This document shows positions 11,729 to 22,805 of a stretch of DNA of 64,000 nt, piece by piece (the stretch's first letter is position 1; each line of letters starts with the position of its first letter). The notes under the pieces were generated by a model, which worked only from the letters and a program-made list of their open reading frames with translations, made no database searches and had not been told where the DNA came from. The DNA is from Bigelowiella natans CCMP2755 (Eukaryota; Protista; Cercozoa), in assembly GCA_000320545.1 (NCBI GenBank), contig ADNK01000566.1:57659-121658 (forward strand), given 5' to 3'. A program made the translations under genes and the position numbers.

Positions 11729-13816
11729 TCAATCTGAATCATATCCCGCCGCTATGAGGTTTAGGCCGTCTGCACTACAAGCACTCGCAACTTTCTCTCT
11801 ACTGGTAGCTACGCTCTGCTTTGCTTTTTTCTTCTTTCGCCTTTCCTTTCTCCTACTCGTCGTCGTCGTCCCCGGCTTGGCAGATTGCACAGGTATATTA
11901 CCAGCAATAGAGGCAGAAGAACGTACTGATCGTATCGTAATGTTCCCTTCTTTTTTGACAGTAGGTGTTAGTAGTTTCAATTTGACAGGGTCTAACCCTG
12001 AGCGCAACGCTCTCTCGATTGCCAATTCCTACCGAATAATAGGTGTAGACACAGTCAAAGTAAGACTGATAGGTGCTAATAAGATGTAAATGTGTAGACG
12101 GGATTTAGATCTGAAGCGTTCTGGTGATACAATGTTGCAGCGCTAACAGCATATCGCATGACCATTTTTTAGTCGGTGGTGCTACCTACCTGGCTGGCGA
12201 ATCGATTCGATTTGATCTGTCGCCGCCGTCGCCGCCTTTTCGAGCTGTCGAGTTTCTTACTGCTGCTGCTGCTGCTGCTATGAGTGCTGGAAAATATGCC
12301 CGATTTTATCCGAAAGCGCTTAGCGGCGCGGTCGTTCTGATAATTATATGGGAAGCTTAGAACTCCTGCCAATTCGATGTTCAAGCGATGGTGCAACTTG
12401 TATACCTCGCAACGCTTAAGGTGGTCGAATCTCACCAACGCAGCCTCCTGTCTATCCTCCAGAGTGGCTTTCTTTATTCGGATTGCGATCCTTATAAATA
12501 TATACATGTAAATATCTATATTATGAAAGAGGAGGGTTCGACCGTGATCTTCTTAGTGATCTTTGTACATGCAGGTAGGCATAGAAAGTGATACTCTCAT
12601 GAGGATTTCCAATTTCACGGAAGCCCATCCGCAAGTTTTTAGAGTGATGAGCAACATGAGGAACTACTAGCTGCCACACCCATAAACCAGCAACCTCAAT
12701 GGTGCCACACAACGTTCATGGATAGCAGAGTAGATGGCTAATTTTTGCCATGCTATGATGGAGAAATTACCCCGGGCGCATCGCTTCCAAGTCCTCTTCC
12801 TTGAGCTCCTTCTTTCGCTTTCGAAACCGCTTTCTAAGTAGCGACGATACAGCGTAGTCATCCTTCATCCGATCGGAGAGATCCCTCAGCAGCTCCATTC
12901 GACCTCGTTGTTCTTTCGCTTGCTTTTTATCGGTTTCAGTGACTTCCAGGCTCGCCATCGCATCCGCCCGGCGTGCCTCACGCTCCTCCAGACTAAGGAG
13001 CTCGACTGTGCCCGCCTTCTTTGCATCGTAGTCTTCCACCTTCTTCTTTGCTCTGACAATGCAGTAAGTGATTATGGTGATGACGAAAAAATGTGATGCC
13101 TGCGTTGAGCGCTAGGAGAATTTTCTATGGATCCTTCCTCACTTCAAATTACCCTTTTGTGACGAGATACTCGGCGTTCTTAGGGTCAGTCTTCACGCAA
13201 ATTATATTGAAGCACTGATGGCAGGGCATCTCAAATTCCCATATTTTGGTCGAGAAGTAGTTCCCAACGTGGTTCTTCTTCGCATTAAAACGAACTCCCT
13301 TCGCGATCATGGTGTGGCAGGCTGCATACGGGAAAAGTGGGAGGGAATAAGGAGGAGCAGCAGCAGCAATAGCATTAACATAGGGGGGATGGGGAGTGAA
13401 GAGGAGACGATACAAGTTCAATAATTGTAGTATGTTGTGCGTTGAACGGATACGGCTGCTTCCTACCTTCGCACCACACATTGAAAGGCATTTCAAAGCG
13501 AATAACTCCCCACTTTGCATACTGGTTGTGACCGGAGTACCTTCAAAAAAACAAATTCGAGTTCATAAAACGATACCAGGACAAGTTGGATGAAGAAGAA
13601 AAAAAGACTCACCGTGCGTTACCCTTTCCTGTTCGCGCTTGATATTCGTTACGTCCCTACACAAAAGAAGCCATCATTGGAAATTAGCCATCAGAATTCT
13701 TCTTGCTGGTGGAGTGGTGGCATCTGGAATGCATTTGAATGAGGCACCTCTTTCTTTGGGTCCCATCCCGGTGGATGATAGAAGTTATCGGCTCGCGCCG
13801 CCGCCAGGGAACTCAT
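11729..13816 (-). CDS. YJU2B: Splicing factor YJU2B / CCDC130 (CWC16 family), multi-exon
   Basis: N-terminus MSSLAAARADNFYHPPGWDP. Spliced core FEMPFNVWCEACHTMIAKGVRFNAKKNHVGNYFSTKIWEFEMPCHQC...KTDPKNAEY has two CxxC. Followed by a DDYAVSSLLRKRFRKRKK coiled coil. Confidence 0.93.
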
Positions 13817-14067
13817 TCCTCAGTCGTCTCCTTCCTTCGCGAGGGGCGCTGCTTCTTCTACCCTGTTCTGTGAGTTCCTCCTCGGAATTGAATTGCAGCG
13901 AGAAACTAGGAGTTTTAGTCCAATTCTGTTGTCGTATCCTCGAAATCCTAACGCATTCTTCTCCTCAGCTGCTCCACCCCCAGTCAGACCGCTGGTTGCA
14001 CTGCTTCACAACAGCTAGGTCACTGACAATTGGTCACTGATTTTCAAATCTTGCTGTTTTCACCAAT

Positions 14068-14490
14068 CAGTCCTAACTGAAGCCAGTTTGAGGCACTGCG
14101 TTTCGCTCTCTGCAAGTGTCTTGTCACGTTTTGGAAGTGTGGTCCATCATCACGTTCATTGTTCACCGTTCCTTTCACGATGAAAGTTTTTGAGTCGTGC
14201 TGATGACAGACATGCAATGTCCATCATGCTGGCTTCGTCAGTCCTCACTGAAGCTAGTTCGAGGCACACTTTGCAAGTGTCTTGCAACACCTTGGAAACG
14301 TGGTCCATCATCAAGTTCATTGTTCATTGTTCACTCAATGCTCACCAAAGCCAGTTCCAGACGTGGGCAACATGCATCGATCGGAAGTGCTGAGGGGGAA
14401 CGTCTGAAGGTGTGGGAGGCACTGCGTTTCGCACTTTGCAACTGTCTTGCCACACTTTGGAACACAGTTCTTCATCACGTTTGTTTGTTT
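14068..14490. repeat. Three diverged direct repeats (~75-100 bp) inside a TpA-depleted zone
   Basis: gaggcac..gcaa.tgtcttg..ac..ttggaa....catca.gtt recurs at ~14068-14167, ~14239-14326 and ~14416-14490. Confidence 0.8.
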
Positions 14491-14812
14491 GTCGATCAAC
14501 AATGTTTCTTTTGTTTCCCTCCTTTGTCGTTCACTTGGAGCATCGATTCGCAGATCGGGGCATGCACAATGTTCACAGAGGCATGCCACTGACATCGTTG
14601 TTGTTGACGCTGCGATTTGTCATGCTTTCTGCGCTCACATTGATTATATTGCGTTGCCTCCCTTTCCTTGTTGCGCGCTTCTGCTATGAGCACCCCAAGT
14701 TCATCATCTTTGCGCACGTGCACAGTGTGATGCTTGGTGAAGTACATGAAGCAACATCTACGCTCATCACGCATCATAGCTTTACTTTTCATTCTTGCCT
14801 TCATATTTTTCT

Positions 14813-16222
14813 CTAAATTTTCTCTGTCGCCACCGTTCTCATTTCACTGCCAATCCAGCCAGTTATTATCTTAGTGAGATCAACCCGCTGATCCAACACA
14901 CCGGCATGACCTATGTGATAATTTTGTGGCAGCAACAAATATCAACGTTATCACGGATAGATTCTTCCATATGTACAACCGCATGCATCCACGCAATTTT
15001 TGTTCGCAAGCGACTAGACTTCTCGCCATTGTTGTATTAAAGTGCTGTCGCTCTGGTACGCAAGGCATTTAGCACCTGCTCCCTCGACTAGATTGACTTT
15101 GCATTGAGGTATTTCCCGTGAGAATCGGAATGCCTCTTCTTTACTCGGAAGTAGTAGGTCGGAAGTCCCTAAAAAATCATATAGGATGGGCACTTAGCAT
15201 GCGCGTGGATGCTCACTATCCCTTCTCCTTTCCTCTTCTTCTCTTTTCTTCCTTCAAGAATGCACCTGCTACAGCGAGTACGGGGACCTGAATTTCGTTC
15301 AAACGGCTGTTAACCTTACCACATCCTGCGGTTAGAATCCATTCAATCAGTCCTCGTTCAGAGGGAGGAAGAATCTTGAATCCTCAGCACGATATGGACT
15401 TGACTGACGGATTAAGACGACAATGCAGCACAAGTATCGCTCCCCCATATCGTGAATCTGGTCGGAATCACTGGAGATACAAAATTCGGTCCGGAACCCT
15501 CTCCATCAGTGTATATTTTGGTATAATATCGCGATTGCATCTCATTACACGTCGTTCTCGCTCTCTACTAAAACGACACCACAGGGGAGGAGGAGGAGTA
15601 GTTGTTGCTGTCGTAGTGGTAATAGTGACCGTAGAAATGGGTGTGAACGAATTATTTTGGTTGTGTAGTAAAGAGTAAAATATAGCTGTAATCACCATCG
15701 AGAACCCAATTTTCCACTCTCCATTTTAAGTCATCACTGCGAAGCGTCAGCTTTTGGAGAAGCTTTGGGTATATGCGGGCTACGAAAGCTTTCCTATACA
15801 CAGAACGGAAAATCAATATTATATTTAGTATGCCTGTAACGCCTCCCTGTACGTGTGTGTGTTGGTGGTAAGTTGATGTTGACATGCTTGATGCACCTTT
15901 CCATCGATTGCAGTATCGGCGGGTACTCATCGCGTGCTGCCTGAAAAGGTAGTACATGCGTCCCTTCGTTGATGCCCAAACCTCTGCCGCTTCATTACTA
16001 CTACGACGACGACGATGAAGAATACGAAATCCTACTGCTACAAGCACTACTATTTCCTTACCTTGGCAATGTTCGAAAACATCTCCACATCTAGAATCAT
16101 GAAGGGAAGCGGCAGCAACGCGAGGGAGAAGAACGGTTCAGGGACGCGAATCAACTGCTCCGATATTCGGCTGCCATTTGTAATACAGGTAATATCTGAC
16201 TGCACCGATTGAAAATAATTTA

Positions 16223-16299
<77 letters not shown>

Positions 16300-16303
16300 T
16301 GCC

Positions 16304-16345
<42 letters not shown>

Positions 16346-17886
16346 GCCTACACAGGAAGACTTCACGCCGAGTGTCATGTCCTCGATGCAGCCGAAACCG
16401 AAAACACTAGCTCTCTAGCAGCCTATACCCGAGAAAAGTTCGTGGGAATGAGGAAGCTGAATTTATCAAAATTAGTCTGTCGGGCTTGGATTCGCGGTCA
16501 TCTTTATTATCATTGCTATCCCCGATTCCGAGCGAGAGAGCTTTTTCGTCGAGGTGGGTGTAGGGTAGAAGCAGGAAGGAGAAGGAAGAATCAGTGAAAC
16601 AGAGTGTAATTACGACAACTCACAAGCGAATTAATCTTCTCGCTTTGATATTAAACTACTACAGACAGAAGAAATATGGCTGTTATGAACCAGTGTAAAA
16701 GAATCTGAATATTTGTGAGATCCCTTATCGAAATCAGATCCACGGGTAATTTTCTCCAAAAATATATGAATATATGCCATTTAATTTAACACAAGATGAA
16801 GGAGAAAAATGAATTGATGACAAAATAGATGAATACATATGGAGTCGTTTAAAAAAAAGATGTTTGAAGCTCGTATGGTACCTACGATCCCTCCGAAGCT
16901 CTCCCCCAATACGAACACTGTCCGTCCCTGAGTGTGTAGTAGGACCATAGCGGTAACAAAAACAAAAACAGATGCAATCAGAATTTGATTTGCCATCAAC
17001 ATGGTATTGTATTCGGGCTGATTCCGATCTTATATGCGCGACCACTACAACTACTATCACCTCGGATTTCGCTTGCTTAACTTGCATAGTGACAGCCTTT
17101 CGAATGTCATCAAACGTGCTCCGATCCGCATGGTCGAAGGAGAGACATCGTAGCTCAAATTGCTGGCTCAACCTAGTGTTGGATTCGAAGATGGGAAAGA
17201 TAGATGACTTATTTTCAGACCCAGAGAATACGTGTAAGACCCAGCAACTAGTAGGGACGAAAAAAATATGTTACTCAGCAAATTGGGCGACAGCTGTGAG
17301 GCCTGAACCGTCGATACCAGGAACACATATCAGAAGGGGAAGGCCCGCCTTGTCCGCATGCGTCCCACCTTATATGAATGAGGTAGTCGTGTGAGGCTGT
17401 GACGTACATTCCCCCTCCACATATTTTTAAGGAAACAGCAGCCAACCGTTGTAGTGCTGCTCTTCCCGTAGCTCAAATTTCGTCACTGGTTCAAACCATT
17501 CGTACTTAGAGGCAGACGCTGCCGTAGTCATCCTCCTCCTTTTCATCGTCGTCGTTGTTGGAATTTCACTCCTCTGCATGCACACCAAGAATGAATGTGT
17601 GCTAGTGTTCAACACGATGAGCGCATGCACAAACCCTGTATCGTTCTATACGAAGCCTTCCTGCTCCAGAGCGCCGGTATCGGGTTGGGGGACGCATCAG
17701 TAACGAGGCATGTTCACTGGCTACGTGGCCACCACCACTTCGAGCAGTCTGTTGGGGCAACACTTGCCTCGAGCTAGCCGCTACCACGAAGGTCAACGCT
17801 ACGAACATTGCAGCCTTTCGAAAAGAAGAGAATTCAGGAATTTCGGACAGCTCTCCTGCTTCACTCCCCTTCCTACGAAAAAACAA
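14813..17886 (-). CDS. Alpha/beta hydrolase resembling the hydrolase domain of phytyl-ester-synthase/ELT-type esterase-lipases; probably plastid-targeted; multi-exon
   Basis: LPLLIYVPGIDGSGLTAVAQF, FELRCLSF, nucleophile elbow VFVLGESFGG, VPVLAVAG..SDLLLPSKEEA, VEGAGHAGVLD. N-terminal hydrophobic stretch followed by an R/S-rich leader. Start uncertain (ATG 17808 possible). Confidence 0.8.
16227..16340. repeat. Compound (CA)n(GA)n(CA)n microsatellite in an intron
   Basis: Direct. Confidence 0.95.
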
Positions 17887-18264
17887 GGTTTCCGACCTGG
17901 ATCGACATGTGCATGGGCGTGTGTGTGAAAGACAGTCGACTCGGCCAGTAAGTAGTAGGAATAGTAGTAGAAGTAGTAGGAATTCCTAGTAGTAGCCAGT
18001 TTAGGCTAATAATCAACGAGGATATATCTAAGGTAAGTATTTTTTAAAATTATTGCAAGCACTGCTTGTCGCAATAAGTAAACCCATTGAAATATCCCTA
18101 AAACTGACAACTAGATGTTATAGGTGTTAAAATATTTCATATCCCATACTAGTGATACAACAATTACAATAATTACAACATCCATCAACACCCTTTCTAC
18201 TTTCGAGCCGAGGCAGCAATACGAACCCACCCATCCGGGCTATCTCCACCCGGCCCACCACAGG

Positions 18265-19521
18265 ATGGAGGAGCCGTCTCGCGCAGACTTGCTGAAGAAG
18301 GTGGCTGAGTTGGAAGCGAAGCTTGCAAGGATAGAAGAGAAAAAATATTCACGCAAAAAGATCCAGAAGCTCAGTACGACGGTGGCTGATGAGAACCCAT
18401 ACAGCCGGCTTATGGCCCTGAAGAGAATGGGTGTTGTCGAAAACTATGAAAAGATTCGAACCGTGTCTATTCTGCTTGTGGGAGTCGGCGGTGTAGGTAG
18501 CGTCGCTGCAGAGATGCTCACACGATGTGGCGTCGGAAAGTTGATTATGTTTGACTATGATAAGGTAGAACTATCGAACATGAACCGCTTGTTCTTCCGT
18601 CCTTCGCAGGCGGGGATGGCGAAAGTGCGAGCGGCTGCCGAAACTCTAGCCGAGATAAATCCTGACGTAGAATTCGAGTTTTTCTCTCAAGACATCACAA
18701 CATTAAAAAATTTTGAGCATTTCTCCAAGAAAATAGCCACGGGAGGTTTGACAGGCGGGCCTGTAGACCTGCTGCTCTGCTGCGTGGATAACTACGAAGC
18801 GCGGATGGCCATAAACCAGGCTTGTAATGAACTTGACCAAGTTTGGATGGAGTCGGGCGTATCTGAGAATGCAGTTTCCGGCCACATTCAATTTATGCTC
18901 CCTGGTAGAACAGCGTGCTTCGAGTGCTCGCCACCGCTCATAGTCTCTCTGGGAGAAGATGAGAAGAAGCTGAAACGCGAAGGGGTGTGTGCCGCTTCTC
19001 TACCGACGACGATGAGTCTTGTAGCTGCAATTTTGGTCCAAAATGTCCTTAAATTTACTCTTAACTTTGGGCAAGTCTCATATTATTTAGGATACAATGC
19101 CCTGAAAGATTTTTTCCCCACTTGGCCGATGCGTCCTAACCCTAGCTGCACGAGCAAGGCGTGCCTAAAGTGCCAATATAAACATAGGGATTGGACTCCG
19201 CCAAAGAAGAAGACAGAGTTGGCCGATGATGTCATTGAGTATGAGAACGAGTGGGGATTAGAGATCGAAAGTGAGGAGACAAACGAAGACGTGCTCAAGC
19301 TCGAGCAAGATTCTTCTAAGTCAGGATCGAATGGTGTGCATCTACGGTATGCCTTTGAGCCACAGGCCGAAAAAGCGATATCCCATCAGGACAGTGCATC
19401 ATCCGCCAAAGGAGCGTCACATGTCAATGCAGAAGCCCCAAAAGGACCAGATAATTGTAGCGAAGAAGAAGAGGATGTTCGAGATCTCATGGCAAAACTT
19501 GCTAGTTTACAGTCAAAATGA
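18265..19521 (+). CDS. UBA5: UFM1-activating enzyme (E1) UBA5, intronless
   Basis: [48 protein letters not shown], catalytic [13 protein letters not shown]1/ATG8-binding ENEWGLEI motif and C-terminal UFC1-binding helix [12 protein letters not shown]. Confidence 0.98.
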   Translation: MEEPSRADLLKKVAELEAKLARIEEKKYSRKKIQKLSTTVADENPYSRLMALKRMGVVENYEKIRTVSILLVGVGGVGSVAAEMLTRCGVGKLIMFDYDKVELSNMNRLFFRPSQAGMAKVRAAAETLAEINPDVEFEFFSQDITTLKNFEHFSKKIATGGLTGGPVDLLLCCVDNYEARMAINQACNELDQVWMESGVSENAVSGHIQFMLPGRTACFECSPPLIVSLGEDEKKLKREGVCAASLPTTMSLVAAILVQNVLKFTLNFGQVSYYLGYNALKDFFPTWPMRPNPSCTSKACLKCQYKHRDWTPPKKKTELADDVIEYENEWGLEIESEETNEDVLKLEQDSSKSGSNGVHLRYAFEPQAEKAISHQDSASSAKGASHVNAEAPKGPDNCSEEEEDVRDLMAKLASLQSK

Positions 19522-20189
19522 GAGAATAGACACACTCCCTCTTAAATTAGTTTAATTAAGTTATTTCAATTTGTTGGAGTGAATTTGTGGACAGCATTAT
19601 ATCTTCCATTTAGCAATGCCATGGCAGATGCGCTGTTGACTGTGTTTAGTTGCATTCTCTCAAAAGTGGTTGCACGGCAGCAATCGTTGTCGTTATCCAA
19701 TTCGTTGTAGTTTATATGAACATGCATAGCATGTGCCTGATGTAGTGTTGTACGATGCGAAGAAATTAGAATATGATGTTATAATCAATCTAGCAGATGC
19801 AAACATCCAGCTGTATGACAATGTTCTTTTAGTAGGCCCGCTACTTGGCATGCCTGTATGCTAGAAGCGTCGCAACCTGTTATGCATGTCATGACTTCAA
19901 AATTTTAAGCATGTACACCCGCAGATACGATGCTGCTGTGCTGCGCAATGTAATGCTACCCTAGTACCGTGGACGTTGTACGCTCTAGCGCTGTGTAGAT
20001 GATAGACACTACCGGCTACCATGAGCGAGCTGCAGAGCTATGTACATAGCGTAGTAAACGAATCCTATATATTACTATATTACCCCACGTGCCAAGATCC
20101 ACCAGCCTGCATATTTTGCATCTCTGATGATTTGTACAGCAGCCTGCATTATCCGTGCAGTGCAGCCGCTACGTACAGCGCTAATGCTG

Positions 20190-20320
20190 TGTCTATTTGT
20201 CTCCGCTATGTCATATGTTTCATGCATGTCTCTAATTCGCGCATGTCGAGAAACGCGCATGGCAGCGCGTCATCCTAATGTAGCTATGCAAAGCGGCGGC
20301 TACAGCGGTTGTGTTGTGTC
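20190..20320 (-). repeat. Near-identical inverted copy of 700-845 (intergenic repeat family)
   Basis: The reverse complement shares ccgctgtagccgccgctttgcatagctacattaggatgacgcgctgccatgcgcg with 718-772. Both copies give the spurious peptide MAARHPNVAMQSGGYSG in the ORF track. Confidence 0.92.
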
Positions 20321-20418
20321 TAGATCTTGGCTGATTATGAGTGGTCTCGTTATTCATAGAACAGTATCCACAGCCCATCATCACCAACATCGGGGATTTC
20401 TAGTTGACAGCAAACACA

Positions 20419-21970
20419 CTAAAAGTTGAATAGTCTTGACAGCCACTTCGGCAATGGTGTGAATGCATACCACTGGAAGAAAGCGAGAAGCACTAGTACG
20501 ACTGCCTGAACGGCATCCACTATGGGATCATAGTTATTAGCTTCATCGGCGTTGGCCGCAGGATAGCTTCTACGTTCTTCGATCTGGTCGATGATTACCA
20601 AAACAAGGGCAACAAACGCTAAAGTAGCCACAGGAGGCATAACCAATATGATCGCTGTGATTTTCGTACGAATCTTCTTCAATCCTTCACATTCCTTTGT
20701 TTGTTTCCTCCTCCGACCTCTTGTAAAAGATTCTGGCTGCTGTGGAGAATTGCTCTTCTTCCCATCTTCTATGACTTTATTATTGTCATTTGGTAGTTGT
20801 GTCTTTTGGGACCCTGTTGACGGTGTGGTCAACTTTTCTCTTATCGTAGCTGCAGCCGTTATAGGAAGCCCACCTTCATCAGGAATGAGGGCTTCAATGC
20901 CTCTACGGAGATGAAAGAGGGAGGTTTCGGTTATGTAGACGATGAATAGGATCGCAGTGATGTTAGCAAAATGTCGAATGACATTCGTACTAAAGCTTGC
21001 CGAAATTAATGTTCCAACAACCTATTTAACAATTGCACCGACTCAAATTAAGTTCAGTTGATAGGAATCAAAGGCACAAGAAATCGATATCTCATTCCCC
21101 TCCTTGAATTTATAGAAACTCTACAAATCCACTACCGCGATGAAATTGAGAATGATTATCAAAGTCACCAGGAAGGAAAAACTGAACTTGAGCTGGGTTG
21201 GCATATTAGCCTGCATATTGGCTGCATTGTAGTTTGCCTTCAGAACCAGGTACCTAGTGGACGATGACGTCAAAAATTATGGAGAAGTGTTACACACCAC
21301 TTAGCAATATACTGCCTGTTGTTCATTTTAATTATAGATCTTGTATTTTTTGTATTTTTTTACATTGTGAAGAGTCCTGTGCAAGATAAGATGGTCTGCA
21401 CGATTGAAGAATACCAAAGTTATAAAAATAACAAGAGTTCCACAGGTCTACCTCAATCTCCACTGTTGGTGTATATATCTGATGATATTAAAATATTGGA
21501 TACATATTACGGTAGTAAGCCCTCCAAAGATAAGATAGGCTTGCCATCCGAAGTAGTTTGGGTTATGGCCACCCTGGAGTAAACTACGCTTATCTGATGA
21601 TGTGATCATCTTCATATCGGAATAATGTACCACAAATCAAAAAAAAGCGACCGAAGCCGTTGCGGTATTTAGAATCTGCATTTTTCTTTTCGTCTTATTT
21701 GCAGGAGGACCCAGAAACTCGAGGATGTTGAAGGCTTGTTGGCACGACACCACCAGTGTCTTCACCACATCTGAAAAGATGATGTGTAACTCAGCATCAC
21801 TCCCAATAAAACACACGTCGTTTCCATGTAATTGCTGTCTATCTGTCACACCGCTCACAAGCCAGGGAGGCATCGTCATCGTGCCCGATTCGAGCGAGTT
21901 TTGAGGCAGTCCCCTGTCAGCACACAGCGACAAGAAGGTCCGATTACGAGAATATAGGACATTTATTCAT
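20419..21970 (-). CDS. Multi-pass (7TM/GPCR-like) membrane protein, possibly a pseudogene
   Basis: Several hydrophobic helices. The last exon has helix - long polar loop - LKKIRTKITAIILVMPPVATLAFVALVLVII - loop - AVVLVLLAFFQWYAF. My spliced model has an in-frame TGA at 21637-21639. Confidence 0.5.
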
Positions 21971-22199
21971 AGCGACATCACCAGTGTACCCTAAAATTTT
22001 ATCTAGACCTAGATCTAGATCTACTGTTTCTCGTATTTACCTTCACACCACAGTGGGAAAATCTAGATTCTTGAGATGAAATGTTGTGTCGCATAACATA
22101 AATGCCCATCGTTTTGTATTCGAACTAACCATCATTACGTGCGAAACTGCGAGATTAGAACAGCCACGCACCATAACTCATCAACTAGATCTGCCTACA

Positions 22200-22805
22200 A
22201 TGTCTTACGCCATTTTTAACAACTCTGTGAGCGACGTCAAAAAGCTTCATGCAGAATACTTCCCATTAGTTGGACCCGTTCTCGAGAAGTATGAGGGCAA
22301 TCTTTGCTGCCTGAGCGAGGGTCACAGTGTTTGGGAAGGCCAAACCGATATGAAACGTACCGCAATAGTAATTTTCCCTTCGAGTGACAAACTGAAAGGA
22401 TGGTACAATGATGATGCATACTTTAAGAAAGCCCTTCCGATAAGGCTAGATCTCACTACTGTACCGGGCACTGGCATCATTTCGAAGGTCTCCAAGAGCG
22501 CTACGAAGGAACACAAGGCATTTGTCATATTTCACAACACAATCACAGACTCAGAGGCGTATCAGTCCAAGTACATGAATGAGCTCCCCAAAACTCTTAA
22601 GGCCTACAAAGGGGATGTTCTTGCTTCTGGCTCATTCGAAGATTTGGAGTGCAAGAGCCCTCACAAAGAATGCCTTCTCCTTGGCTTTGGAAGTGGTGAA
22701 GATGCTAAAAAATGGTACGACTCGCAAGAACATCAAGCTATCATTGGAGAACGTCAGAAACTCGAGGCTAAAGGGGCGCTCGTCATTTGCGCTGTTCACT
22801 CGTAA
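22200..22805 (+). CDS. Tandem DUF1330 (dimeric alpha-beta barrel) protein, intronless
   Basis: Two ~100-aa repeats, each with Y..(pvL/ktL).(K/A)Y.G...EG/EC...(IF/GF)..S....K.WY.(D/S)..., which is the DUF1330 pattern. Confidence 0.85.
   Translation: MSYAIFNNSVSDVKKLHAEYFPLVGPVLEKYEGNLCCLSEGHSVWEGQTDMKRTAIVIFPSSDKLKGWYNDDAYFKKALPIRLDLTTVPGTGIISKVSKSATKEHKAFVIFHNTITDSEAYQSKYMNELPKTLKAYKGDVLASGSFEDLECKSPHKECLLLGFGSGEDAKKWYDSQEHQAIIGERQKLEAKGALVICAVHS

Noticed and set aside
14190-14816. Many overlapping ORFs on both strands (also 22889-24023)
   Set aside because: Artefact of TpA depletion removing TAA/TAG stops; the Cys/His/Met-rich peptides are not protein-like.
18124-18264. N-terminal extension of UBA5 in the ORF track
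   Set aside because: Begins at a GTG; the first ATG at 18265 precedes the conserved region.
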